Source of the DNA: the human T2T-CHM13v2.0 reference genome, Homo sapiens
NCBI GenBank assembly: GCA_009914755.4
Contig: CP068257.2
Span: 10,528,001-10,592,000, forward strand
DNA length: 64,000 bases
Direction of reading: 5' to 3'
The notes under the pieces are model-generated. The model had not been told where the DNA came from and ran no database searches. It worked only from the letters and a program-made list of their open reading frames with translations. Each line of letters opens with the position of its first letter. Position 1 is the stretch's first letter. Shown here piece after piece: positions 29,310 through 43,522 of the stretch. The position numbers were made by a program, and so were the translations under genes.

Positions 29310-30010
29310 AAATTTAAACGATCCATTTTTGCTTCAGAAACAAAATTTTATCAATATAAACTATGTCTAGAGCAGCAGTTGTTAACCAGAGGCAATTTTC
29401 CCTCCTCTCCCCAATTACCTACCTGGGGGATATTTGGCAATGTCTGGAGGCATTTAGGTTTTCACCACTGGCGTGCGTGCATGTGTGTGTGTGTCTGTGT
29501 GTTACTTACATCTAGTGAATAGAGGCCAGGAATTTTGCTAAACACCCTACAATTAATATAACTGCTCACCACCCTCTTATGACAATCATCTGGCCCAAAA
29601 TGTCAGTAATGCTGAGGCTGAGAAATTCTGGTCTAGAGAAATAGTGATACAATAGACTCTTAGCATCTGTAAATTTAATTTTGGGATTTAAGACTAGCAT
29701 TTTCAATTTTTTCCACATCAAAACAAATCGATTATTCTTGTTCATCTTTGTTATTCCCATGAGTAACAGATGTTCACTACAGCTGCTACTACACATCAGG
29801 GAGGCAACAGATTGAGATACTTCCGAAGTGTGCTAGCTGGAATCTCCCCTACCATCAGAACCACTGAAGCAGAGAACTGATGGTCTGGACTAGTGCTTCT
29901 CTGATTTGGGCACACATCAATAAGAGCCACCTGGAAAAGCTTGTTAAGCTGCAGATTGCTGGGTCCCAGAGATACTGATTCAGTGGGTCCAGGGTGGGGC
30001 CTAAGGTATT
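29310..30010. mobile_element. Tigger-like DNA-transposon fragment
   Basis: ..gcaattttccctcctctccccaattacctacctgggggatatttggcaatgtctggaggcatttaggttttcaccactgg.. and ..gcttgttaagctgcagattgctgggtcccagagatactgattcagtgggtccagggtggggcctaag.. (Tigger1-type motifs). Confidence 0.55.
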
Positions 30011-30948
30011 TTTCTTCTTATATTTCTAGCAAGCTGTCAAGTGATGCTGACGTTTCTAGTCAGAGGACCACATTGGCTGAGGTTATTTTCAAATAACTCC
30101 AAAAGCCTATCACTTAACATGCTTTTAGTTGGGGCCTGAGCTGTAGTCCAGGGAAGCTAGGGTACAAAAAGAAATCAGCTATTTGACCCATGAACAAGCT
30201 TAGGAAGCCACCATCTACATCCCAGTATACATTTGCTCTTTCATTTTCCTCCTTGTCACAGTAAAAAAAGAGTCACCAGGGCTTCATATACTCTTTAGTT
30301 TCCCAATCCCACTTCTAACTTTGCCTGCTTTCTTTGTTTCTACCACAACTATACTGCAAAACTCTACTATTGTGTTGCCACGTGTCATCTCCTAGTTTCT
30401 GTTCTGTTTGCTATTTTTTAGAAACTCATGATTGAAGTCACTCTAATTTTGCATATGCTCAAATAAATTCCCTCTTGGCTGTAGGAAAAATCCAGACAGA
30501 ACATTATGTGTAAGGGATTTGTAGTTGAAGCACAGAGGGGAATTGTTTTCAATATAAATTTTTTTGATATAGCAGATATTAAACTGATAAGAATATTATA
30601 CTTGATCTTAGCCAAAAGGCCAAAAAATGATACAAATGGGAATTTGACGAGAACTTCAAAATGTAGAGAAGTTAAAGTTAGTACAAGAGTAAAAGTCCTT
30701 CTTTGGGGTACTGCATCTTCTTTATTCCATTAATGGTACTTAGCCTGTATACTCTTCACCGGTCCCTAAATATCACAATCTTTTAGTTTCAAAGTATGTG
30801 GGAATTTACCTAAACATTTCATTTTAAAGCAATGTATTTGGTATAGAATGAGAACATTTGAAGTTGAAAAGATTATATAGAATAAAAGGCACAGAAAATG
30901 CTAAAATTAATGAAAAACTTTAAGAGAGGTAAGTCTTATGTTTCATAC

Positions 30949-31068
30949 CTGGGAATATTCCTAAGCAACTTAATGTCAAAAAAAATGTAAACGACATCAA
31001 CCAGCAGAAGAATCACAATAATGGCAGTATCTAAAATGTTAAATAAGTCAGAAAAATACTGCTGTCTC
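30949..31068 (-). CDS. TPTE: TPTE exon encoding S3: (R)[39 protein letters not shown](R)
   Basis: rc = tattacag|g aga cag cag tat ttt tct gac tta ttt aac att tta gat act gcc att att gtg att ctt ctg ctg gtt gat gtc gtt tac att ttt ttt gac att aag ttg ctt agg aat att ccc ag|gtatgaaac. 120 nt. Confidence 0.9.
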
Positions 31069-31737
31069 CTGTAATATAAAACAAAAAAAATAAGTTCATT
31101 CCCCCCTGCAAGAAGAGATAGGAATATTTAAAGACCACAAACTATTGACTCATCCCCATTAAGAATTCTACTATCATGAATTATTTAAAATGTATTTTCT
31201 AGAGTAGACTAAGGGAAAAATATAACATTCATGGGAAGTTTTCAAACAATAAAATTATATTCATCATTTGACACTTATATGTGACTAAAACACCAACATG
31301 GCAATTCAAACATAATAAGAGATATAACTAAATGCGTAATAATCACCCTCATTGTGGACAATGGGGTATCTATCCCCTCAAGCATTTATCATTCATGTTA
31401 CAAACAATCCAATTACACTCTTTCAGTCATTTAAAAATATACAATCAAGTTATTGTTGACTATGGTCAATCTGTTGTGCTATCAAATAGTAGGCGTTACT
31501 CATTCTATTTTTTTGTACCCATTAACCATCCCCATCTCCCCACCCCCAAGCCCCTACTACCATTCCTAGCCTCTGATGACCATCCATCTACTCTCTAGGT
31601 CTATGAGTTCAATTTTTTTTTTTTTTTTTTAGAGCCCCATAGTAAGTGAGAACATGTGATGTTTATCCTTCTGTGCCTGGCTTATTTCACTTAACAAACA
31701 TAGTGATCTCCAGTTCCATCCATGTTGTTCCAAATGA

Positions 31738-32071
<334 letters not shown>

Positions 32072-34139
32072 TAATACTCTCTTGTGTATATGTACTATAT
32101 TTTCTTTACCCATTCATCTCTTGATGGGCACTTAGGTTGCTTCCAAATCTTAGCCATTATGAACAGTGCTGCAACAAAAAGGGAATGCAGATATCTCTTC
32201 TATATAGTGATTTCCTTTTTTGTGGGTATCTACCCAGCAGTGGGATTGCTGGATCATATGGTAGTTCTATTTTTAGTTTTTTGAGTAACCTCCAAACTGT
32301 TCTCCAATTGGTTCTACTAATTTACATTTCCATGAACAGTGTATGAGGGTTCTCTTATCTTCACATCTTTGTCAGGATTTGTTATTGCCTGACTTTTGGA
32401 TATAAACCATTTTAGCTGGGGTGAGATGATATCTCATGGTAGTTTTCTACACTGAGAATTTCTCTAATGATCAATCATGTCAAGCATCTCTTGATATGCC
32501 TGTTTACCATCTGTATATTTTGAGAAATGCCTATTCAAATCTTATCATTTAAAAGATTAGATTATTAGATTTTTTCCTAGAGAGTTGTTTGAGCTCCTTA
32601 CATATTCTGGTTATTAATCCCTTTTCAGATGGGTAGTTTGCAAATATTTTCTCCCATTCTGTGGACTGTCTCTTCACTTTGCTAATCGTTTCCTCTGCTA
32701 TGAAGCAGTTTTTTAACTTGATGTGATCCCATTTGCCCATTTTTGCTTTGGTAGCCTGTGCTTGTCAGGTATAGCCCAAGTAATTTTTGCTCAGACCAAT
32801 GTCCTGGAGATTCTTCCCAATGTTCTCTTGTAGTATAGTTGTTTCATTGAGGTCTTAGATTTAAGTCTTTAATTCATGTTGATTTGATTTTTGTATATGG
32901 TGAGAGGTAGGGGTCTAGGTGCATTCTTCTGTATGTGTATATCCAGTTTTCCCAGAACCATTTGTTGAAGAGATGTCTTTTGTTCAATGTACGTTCTTGG
33001 CACATTTATGAAAAATGAGTTCACTGTAAGTGTGTGTGGATTTGTTTCTGGGTTCTCTATTCTATTCCAGTGGTCTGTGTGTCTGTTTTTATGCCAGTGC
33101 CATGGTGTTTTGGTTATATAGTTCTGTAGTATAATTTGAAGTCAGGTAATGTGATTCCTCCAGCTTTGTTCTTTTTGCTTAGAATAGCTTTGGCTATTCT
33201 GGGTCTTTTGTGGCTCCATATAAATTTTAAGATTGTTTCTTCTATTTCTGTGAAGAATGTCATTCATATTTTGACAGGGAGTGCATTGAATCTGTAAATT
33301 GCTTTGGAGAGTATGGACATTTTAACAATATTGATTCTTCCAATCCATGAACATGGAATCTCCTTCCATTTTTTGGTGTCCTCTTCAATTTCTTTCATCA
33401 GTGTTTTATCATTTTCATTATAAAGATCTTACACTTCTTTGGTTAGGTTAATTTCTAGGTATTTAATCTTATTTGTGGCTATTGTATATAGGACCACTTT
33501 TTAAATGTCCTTTCCAAATGGTTCACTGTTGACATATAGAAATGCTACTGATTTTTGTATATTGATTTTGTATCCTGCAACTTTACTGAATTTATCAATT
33601 CTAATAGTTTTTTTTGGTGGAGTCTTTAGTATTTTCCAAATAAAATGTATCATCTGCAAACACAGGGATAATTTTACTTCTTCCATCCCAATTTGGATTT
33701 CTTTTTTTATTCCCTTTCTTTCTCTTCCATAATGGCTCTAGCTAGGACTTCCGGTACTATGTTGAACAACGGTGGTAAAAGTGGGCATCCTCATTGTGTT
33801 CTAGATCGCAGAGAAAAGCTTTTCATTTTTTCCCCATTCAGTACGGTAATGACTGTGGGTCTGTCATATATGGTTTTTATTAAGTTGAGGTATGTTACTT
33901 CTATACCCAGTTTTTTTAGGGTGTTTACCATGAAGGGATGTTGAATTTTATCAAATGCTTTTTCAGCATCAACTGAAATGATCTTATGGTTTTTATCCTT
34001 TACTGTGTGGATATAATGTATCGCATTGATTGATTTACAAATGTTGAACCATCCTTGCATCCCAGAGACACATCCCACTTGTCATGATGAGTGATCTTTC
34101 CCATATATTGTTGAATTCAGTTTTCTAGTATCTTGTTGA

Positions 34140-34862
<723 letters not shown>

Positions 34863-36939
34863 ATGGGTCTTGTTCTTTCATCCATTCATCCACTCTATCT
34901 TTTGATTGAAAAGTTTAGTCTACTGACATTCAATGTTATTACTGATAAGTAAGGACTTACTCCTGCCATTTTGTTATCTGTTTTCTGGTTGTTTTGGGGT
35001 CTTCTCTTCCTTCTTTCCTTCCTGTCTTTCATTAGTGAAGGTAATTTTCTCTGGTGATATGATTTAGTTTCTTGTTTTTTATTTTTCGTGTATCCATTGT
35101 TATATTTTTTGGTTTGAGGTTACCATGAGGCTTGTAAATACTATCTTATAATCCATTATTTTAATCTTATAATAAGTTTTCATAAACAAGTAAAAAGAAA
35201 ACTAATAAAAACTCTACAACTTAGTCTCCCTATTTTTTAACTTTTTGTTATTTCTATTTATATCTTATTATACCATCTATGTCTTGAAAAGTTGTAGTTA
35301 ATATTTTTCATTGGCTCATAGTTTAGTCTCTCTACTTAGAGTAAGAGTAGTTTATACATCATAGTTACAGTGTTATGACATTCTGCATTTTTCTGTATAC
35401 CTACTATTACCAGTGAGTTTTATACCTTCAGGTTGTTACTTATTGCTCATTAATGTCCTTATCTTTCTGATTGAAATACTCCCTTTAGCATTTCTTCTAG
35501 GACAGGTCTGGTGTTGACAAAATCCCTCAGCTTTTGTGTGGAAAAGTCTTTATTTCCCCTTCACTTTGAAGGATACTTTCACTGGATACACTGTTCTAGG
35601 GTAAATGTTTTTTTCCTTCAGCACTTTCAATATGTCATGCCACTCTCTCCTGGCCTGAAACGTTTCTACTAAAGAGTCTGCTGCCAGATATATTGTAGCG
35701 CCATCGTATATTATTGGTTTCTTTTCTCTTGCTGCTTTTAAGATCCTTTTTTTATCCTTGATCTTTGGGACTGTGATTATTAAATGCCTTGAGGTAGTCT
35801 TCTTTGAGTTACATCTGCTTGGTGTTTTATAACTTTCTTGTACTTGGATATTGATATCTTTCTGTAGGTTTGGGATGTTCTGTTACCATCCCTTTGAATA
35901 AACTTTCTACACTCCCCACCTCCTCTTTAAGGCCAATACCACTTAGATTTGTCCTTTTGAGGCTATTTTCTAGATCCTGTAGGCAGGCGTCGTTGTTTTT
36001 TATTCTTTCCTTTGTCTCCTCTATGTATTTTGAAATAGCCTGTCTTCAAGCTCATTAATTCTTTCTTCTGGTTTATCAATTCTGCTATTAAAAGACTCTA
36101 ATGCATTCTTCGGCATGCCAATTACATTTTTTGGCTCCAGAATTTCTGCTTGATTCTTTTAAATTATTTCAATCTCTTTGTTAAACTTATCTAATAGAAT
36201 TATGAATTCCTTCTCTGTGTTATCTTGAATTTCTTTGAGTTTCCTTCCTCAACACAGTTATTTTGATTTCTTTGTCTGAAAGGTCACATATCTCTGTTTC
36301 TACAGGATTGGCCCCTGGTGTCTTATTTAGTTCATTTGGTGAGGTCATGTTTTCCTGGATAGTGTTGATGCTAGCAGATGTTCTTTGGTGTCTGGGCATT
36401 GAAGAGTTAGGTATTGATTGTAGTTTTCACTGTATTTATTGTAGTTTTCACTGTCAGGGCTTGTTTGTACCCATCTTTCTTGGGAAGGCTTTCCAGATAT
36501 TTGAAAGAACTTGGATACTGTGATCTAATCTCTATCTGCTTTAGGGGGCACCCCAAGCCTCCTAAACTCTGGTTCTTGCAGACTCATAGTGGTACTGCCT
36601 TAATGGTCTTGGACAAGATCCAGGATAATTCTCTGCATTACCAAAAAGAGACTCTTGTTTTCTTCCCTTACTTTCTCCCAAACAAACAGAGTCTCTCTCT
36701 CTGTTCTGAGGCACCTAAAGCTTGGGGTTGAGTGACATAAGCACCTCTGTGGCCACCACTACTGTGACTGCATTGGGTCAGACCTGAGGCCAGCACAGCA
36801 CGGGGTCTTGCCCAAGACCTGCTGTAACCACTCCTTAGCTATTGCAGGAGTTTACTGAAGGCCCTGGGGCTCTACAGTCATCACATCGTAAAAACAGCCA
36901 GGCCTGTGTCCTTGCCTTCAGGATGGCAAGTTCTCCTAG

Positions 36940-37709
<770 letters not shown>

Positions 37710-37713
37710 CTAA

Positions 37714-37744
37714 AATAAACAAATAAATAAATAAATAAATAAAT
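37714..37744. repeat. (AAAT)n/(TTTA)n microsatellite abutting the acceptor of exon 37548-37709
   Basis: aaataaacaaataaataaataaataaataaatg. On the gene strand this reads catttatttatttatttatttatttgtttattttag|AC. Confidence 0.9.
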
Positions 37745-38839
37745 GCAAAGATAAAGGGGCATTTGTCCCTGTAGCTATACTATATTTAAGCCACTGATCA
37801 GGTACCAAAATGTTATTATTTAGTATTAAGCTGCCCAGTGGCAGGAAAAACTGTAATGCCTTAGAATCTCAGAAAAATCACTGTTTTCACCCAATAGAAG
37901 CAGTTCTTAATAAACAAAATTCTCACCAAACCACTTCACAAGATATTATAGTAAACACATCAGACCAACACCTCAAGAGAGAAAAGTAAAACTGAATTAA
38001 AATCACCTGTCTGTTTACAAACTCTTCTTAAAATTTGCGAATTTCATAAGAAGTTTATACCAATTTCTCATAAAAAATAAACCCTCATTAATCTGGATAA
38101 TTCTAAAGAATTTATTAATAAAAACCAAATGAAAGCATGAGTAACATAAGCTCTTAAAAGACCAAGATTTTTCATCAGTGACATTTTCAACAAGTACATG
38201 ATTTCATATTTATGGGTGCTTCTAGCAGAGTGATGGGCACATGAGTCTTGAACTCTAAAGTACCTCCTGCCACTTGCTGTTACATATTCTAAATACATTC
38301 TCCATAAATTGATTAGACTATTTGCCTAGTCTATAAAGGTGAATTAGTCTTTGAAGTACTTTTTTAAAAACTTGCAGCTCAAATTCAAATATTATTAATT
38401 CAAAAGGAAACAATTATATCGTATAAATCTATATCATAGTATGAAATCTTACTCTTATGTAGAGAAGAGTCTAAGTAAATTGTTTCCAGAATTAAAGAGT
38501 AATTCCTGATGTATAAGGTACTAATAAAACACTTTACTAATAATTATAGAATTTTAACATTTGATTTTCATTAATGTTACTTTTGCAGATGGAAGAAAAA
38601 CAATATTAATATATTACAATTAATCTTAGGCAAAAGCCATTTATTTGCAATTCTTAATGTCCAGCTTAAACCAAAATTCCATGATAAATTAGATTACATT
38701 AGATGGGGCACATGGCTACTTAGCAACTGATGGACAGTGGAAATGCTTTTTTGTTATTTTATTTCAGTATTTCTCATTGAAGTATTAAGTCTCATATATA
38801 TATATGTATATATAGATATATATGAGACTCATATATTTT

Positions 38840-39146
38840 CTTTTCTTTTTTTTTTTTTTTTTTTTTACATGGAGTCTTGCTGTGTCGCCAAGGCTGCGGT
38901 GCAATGGTGCAATTTCAGCTCACTGCAATCTATGCCTCCTCGGTTCAAGCGATTCTTCTGCCTCAGCCTCCTGAGTAGCTGGGATTATAGGCACCCACCA
39001 TTATGCTTGGCTAATTTTTGTATTTTTAGTAGAGATGGGGTTTCACCATGTTAGCCAGGCTGGTCTTGAACTCCTGACTTCATGTGATCCGCCCGCCTCG
39101 GCCTCCCAGGGTGCTGGGATTACAGGTGTGAGCCACCGTGCCCAGC
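38840..39146 (-). mobile_element. Alu SINE (sense to the gene) ending 48 bp from the donor of exon 39195-39245
   Basis: poly-T then acatggagtcttgctgtgtcgccaaggctgcggtgcaatggtgcaatttcagctcactgcaatc...gtgtgagccaccgtgcccagcc. Confidence 0.9.
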
Positions 39147-39194
39147 CAAGTCTCAGATATATTTAATACATGGTGTTTTCTATGTCTCACATAC

Positions 39195-39245
39195 CCAAAT
39201 GCAAAGGATGATACAATTGAATGCACAATTTTCTTAATCTTGCTG
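39195..39245 (-). CDS. TPTE: TPTE exon encoding (D)SKIKKIVHSIVSSFAF(G)
   Basis: rc = tttttgcag|c agc aag att aag aaa att gtg cat tca att gta tca tcc ttt gca ttt gg|gtatgtgag. 51 nt. A NAGNAG alternative acceptor lies 3 nt downstream. The minus-strand ORF 39080..39310 on the track contains the same peptide. Confidence 0.85.
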
Positions 39246-39549
39246 CTGCAAAAAGAAGTAAAAATAAAATTAATCAGATTTCTTCTAACATATATTGTAA
39301 ATTTAACCAAAAAACAAAGGCCCTTATAAATATAATTTCAAAAGAAAATTATTCAGAAGTTGTATAACAAAATGCTTTTTACTAATAGCTAAAATTTTAT
39401 TCTTCCTGCTCCATGAGTATTTTACTTGTTTACTATGCTATCCAGAAGACAGTAAAGTTTGGATGTTTAGTAACATTTCCATTGCATGCAAAGCCCCAAC
39501 CCCAACTTTATGGCAATACTAAACTTAAACTGGTGGTCATCATCTCAAG

Positions 39550-40140
39550 GAGTATAGCATGAAGACAGAAAAGGGTGGTAGAAGAGAACTGTATTTTAAT
39601 GCCAGCCTGGGCAAATCATCAAACTTTGGCCAGATCTCAGTTTCCACTGCAATAAAATAAGGTGTTTCAGGAATGAGCATAGGGAGTAAATGATGCTCTT
39701 GTCATCTCCTCGAACTAGACACCTAGTGAACAGATGAGTCACATATGAGGTTGCAAACGAACTTCAGAGGTAAGACATTTTAGTAAGATATACTTCAAAG
39801 GAGAAACACCCGAAAGACTGGGCTCCTTCCATTAATCAAAGGAAGGAGAACCTGTTTGATGGAGCCTCCAATAATGCCTCATTTTACCTTATGGCTGGAG
39901 ACAAGGTAGCTCATGAGGAACAATTTTTTTTGTCCTACTGAAGCCTCCTGTGTTGGAGGCTCTTCAGGAGGAGAAGCCTCCAACACAGGAGGCTTCAGTA
40001 GAAGAAGACTTCAGGAAGTTTCTGTCATACTGAAGCCTCCAACACAGGACTCAAATTCCACCCCAAGAGCCATGAATCCTAAGACAATGCTCACAGCCTG
40101 TGCCTAAGACGGGAGAACAAAGAGGGCAGATACTGAGCAG
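39550..40140. mobile_element. LTR-like repeat containing a 26-bp perfect palindrome (tentative classification)
   Basis: ctactgaagcctcctgtgttggaggc ...15 nt... gcctccaacacaggaggcttcagtag. Confidence 0.35.
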
Positions 40141-41000
40141 AACTGGGGCACTGACAATTGGCCTTTGACATGAACAGACATTTCTCAAAAGAAGACATGC
40201 ATGTGGCCAACAAACATATGAAGAAAAGCTCAATATCACAGATTAGAGAAATGCAAATCAAAACCACAATGAGATACCATTTCACACCAGTCAGAATGGC
40301 TATTACTAAAAAGTCAAAAAATAACAGATGCGGGCAAGGTTGCAGAGAAAAGGGAACACATATACATTGTTGGTGGGAGTGTAAATTAGTTCAATCACTG
40401 TAAAAAGTACTATGGCAATACCTTGAAGAGCTAAAAGCAGAACTATTTGACTGAGCAATCCCAATACTGAGTAGATACCCAGAGGAATATAAATCATTCT
40501 ACTATAAAGATACATGCATATGAATGTTCACTGCAGCACTATTTACAATAGCAAAGACATGGAATCAACCTAGGTACCCATCAATGACAGATTGGATAAA
40601 GAAAATGTGGTACATATATACCATGGAATACTATACAGCCATAAAAAAAGAATGAGATCATGTATTTTGTGGGAACATCAATGGAGCCGGAGGCTCTTAT
40701 CCTTAGCAAACTAGTGCAGAAACAGAAAACCAAATACTGAATGTTCTCACCTATCAGTGGTAGCTAAATCATAAGGACTTATGAACACAAAGAAGGAAAT
40801 AGACACTGGGGTCTACTTAAGTGGGGAGGGCAGGAGGAGAGAGAGGAGCAGAAAAGATAACTATTTGGGTACTGAGCTTAATACCTGGATGATGAAATAA
40901 TATGTAAAAAATAAAAAAAAACAACCTCCCTGACACAAGTTTACCTATGTAGCAAACCTCACGTGTACCACCAAACCTAAAATAAAAGTTAAAAAAAAAA
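40140..41000 (+). mobile_element. L1 3'-end fragment (ORF2 C-terminus plus 3'UTR with poly-A)
   Basis: The + ORF 40158..40403 reads [49 protein letters not shown].. and ends in poly-A near 41000. Confidence 0.7.
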
Positions 41001-41639
41001 AAATTGGCCTTTGATGAAGGATGTTAGGTTAACCTGAGATAAAAGAAATCCCCAATCCTTCTAATCTTCCCCTCTCCACCTGGACCCACCACCTCCACCC
41101 AGGCTTGGAGAGTTAAGGCTGATGTAGATGGAGGATCAATTGGCCAAAAGAGGTGAATTCTCTCCTCAAGTTGCCATTCCCTTACTACAAGAACCTCTGA
41201 TCCCACACAGTCTACTAGATCTCTGGGTATCAAGGAAATGTCATAAATCTGAACTCACTTGACAATGTCACCATACAGAACCAAGTCTGACAGATTATGA
41301 AGGCATGAAGAAGTGGCTTGGGTGGCTTTAGCCCCTTAATCTGTTTCAGTGTACCCTGAAACTATACCAAGTAAATACACAATTGAGACTTTTTTGCTTA
41401 AAAAAAGAGTACTATGTAAATGAAGCTTCAAGCAGTTATGTGCAGAGTTTGCAGGGAAATAACTATGACTCAGTAAATCCATATCCAGGAAAAGTACTGT
41501 TCACACTCGGGAGCAACAGACAGACACTCCAACATGAAGCAACACGAAGCATAGCCTCCATGTACCTTTCCTAAAAACAATTACTCAAAGTGCTTGAGTC
41601 AGCTGAGCAATGAATCAAAATGAAGAACAAAAATGTAGC

Positions 41640-42705
41640 AGGTGAACAAAAGCAATGGCAACAAAAGCCAAAATTGACAAACAGGATCTAATTAAACTAA
41701 AGAGCTTCTGCATAGCAAAAGAAACTACCATCAGAGTGAACAGGCAACCTACGGAATGGGAGAAAATTTTTGGAATCTACTCATCTGACAAAGGACTAAT
41801 ATCCAGAATCTACAAAGAACTCAAACAAATTTACAAGAAAAAAATCAAACAACCCCATCAAAAAGTGGGCAAAGGATATGAACAGACACTTCTCAAAAGA
41901 AGACATTTATGCAGCCAACAGACACATGAAAAAATGCTCATCATCACTGGCCATCAGAGAAATGCAAATCAAAACCACAATGACATACCATCTCACACCA
42001 GTTAGAATGGTGATTATTAAAAAGTCAAGAAACAACAGGTGCTGGAGAGGATGTGGAGAAACTGAACACTTTTACACTGTTGGTGGGACTGTAAACTAGT
42101 TCAACCATTGTGGAAGACAGTGTGGCGATTCCTCAAGAATCTAAAACTAGAAACACCATTTGACCCAGCCATCCTATTACTGGGTATATACCCAAAGGAT
42201 TATAAATCATGCTGCTATAAAGACACATGCACACGTATGTTTATTGCGGCACTATTCACAATAGCAAAGACTTGGAACCAACCCAAATGTCCAACAATGA
42301 TAGACTGGATGAAGAAAATGTGGCACATATACACCATGGAATACTAAGCAGCCATAAAAAAGGATGAGTTCATGTCCTTTGTAGGGACATGGATGAAGCT
42401 GGAAACCATCATTCTCAGCAAGCTACCGCAAGGTCAGAAAACCAAACACTGCATGTTCTCACTCATAGGTGGGAATTGAACAATGAGAACCCTTGGACAC
42501 AGGAAGGGGAACATCACACACCAGGGCCTGTCATGGGGTGGGGGGATGGGGGAGGGATAGCATTAGGAGATACACCTAATGTAAATGATGAATTAATGGG
42601 TACAGCACACCAACATGGCACATGCATGAATATGTAACAAACCTGCACATTGTGCACATGCACCCTAGAACTTACAGTATAATAATAATAAAAAAAAGTA
42701 GCAGG
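41640..42705 (+). mobile_element. 5'-truncated young L1PA 3' end (~1.06 kb) with poly-A
   Basis: The + ORFs 41655..42347 read ..[33 protein letters not shown].., ..[35 protein letters not shown].., ..LLGIYPKDYKSCCYKDTCTRMFIAALFTIAKTWNQPKCPTMIDWMKKMWHIYTMEY.. The primate L1PA 3'UTR tail ..gggatagcattaggagatacacctaatgtaaatgatgaattaatgggtacagcacaccaacatggcacatg.. follows. Confidence 0.85.
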
Positions 42706-43234
42706 TGAAAATGTAAATAAATGATTCTAAAAGTAAAGATAAATAATATAAAATCATGAATAATAGTATTGATTTGAATTTTTAGGCATTCTTACACTAG
42801 GATTCAAGGTGTGGAAGAAGATAGAAGTAAAGGCAGGTTGCATTTCTTATCTTTCACAGGTACGAGTCCAGTTTTATTCTCGATATTGATGGAAAAAATG
42901 GTATAATTATGTTTTCTAAACATTTAAATATAAACATTGATAGACTAGAAATGGGCTTCTGACTTGCATATCAACAAAAAATGCAAGGGATGAAAACAAA
43001 TCAGATAATAGCAAAACATAGACAAATTTACAAAGAAAATATCAAAGTATTTTTAATAAAGAAAAAGATGATAAATAAAACCAAACGTACCAGAAATCAT
43101 AAATACAAACATATTACTCTCATATTGCATATTGAGAAATACTCTCAGATAACTTTGAAATTAAAGGCATTACATGCTATACATGAGAGACAAAAACTAA
43201 ATTTAAATGACAATTCAAAAATAAAGAGATAGCG

Positions 43235-43522
43235 GCCAGGCGCGGTGGCTCACGCCTGTAATCCCAGCACTTTGGGTGGCCAAGGTGGGTGGATCATGAG
43301 GTCAAGAGATCGAGACCATCCTGGCCAACGTGGTGAAACTCCATCTCTACTAAAAATACAAAAAATTAGCTGGGCGTGGTGGTGCATGCCTGTAGTCCCA
43401 GCTACTCAGGAGGCTGAGGCAGGAGAATCGCTTGAACCTGGGAAGTGGAGGTTGCAGTGAGCTGAGTGGAGCCACTGCACTCCAGCCTGGTGACAGAGCG
43501 AGACTCCGGCTCAAAAAAAAAA
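43235..43522 (+). mobile_element. Alu SINE
   Basis: ggccaggcgcggtggctcacgcctgtaatcccagcactttgggtggccaaggtgggtggatcatgaggtcaagagatcgagacc... Confidence 0.9.

Noticed and set aside
29421-29470. Candidate TPTE exon ending ..aat atc ccc cag|gtaggt (encoding ..LPNIPQ, reminiscent of ..LRNIPR)
   Set aside because: It lies inside a Tigger-like repeat (..gatatttggcaatgtctggaggcatttaggtt..). The frame has an upstream stop and the wrong phase. The genuine S3 exon ending att ccc ag|gtatga is at 30949-31068.
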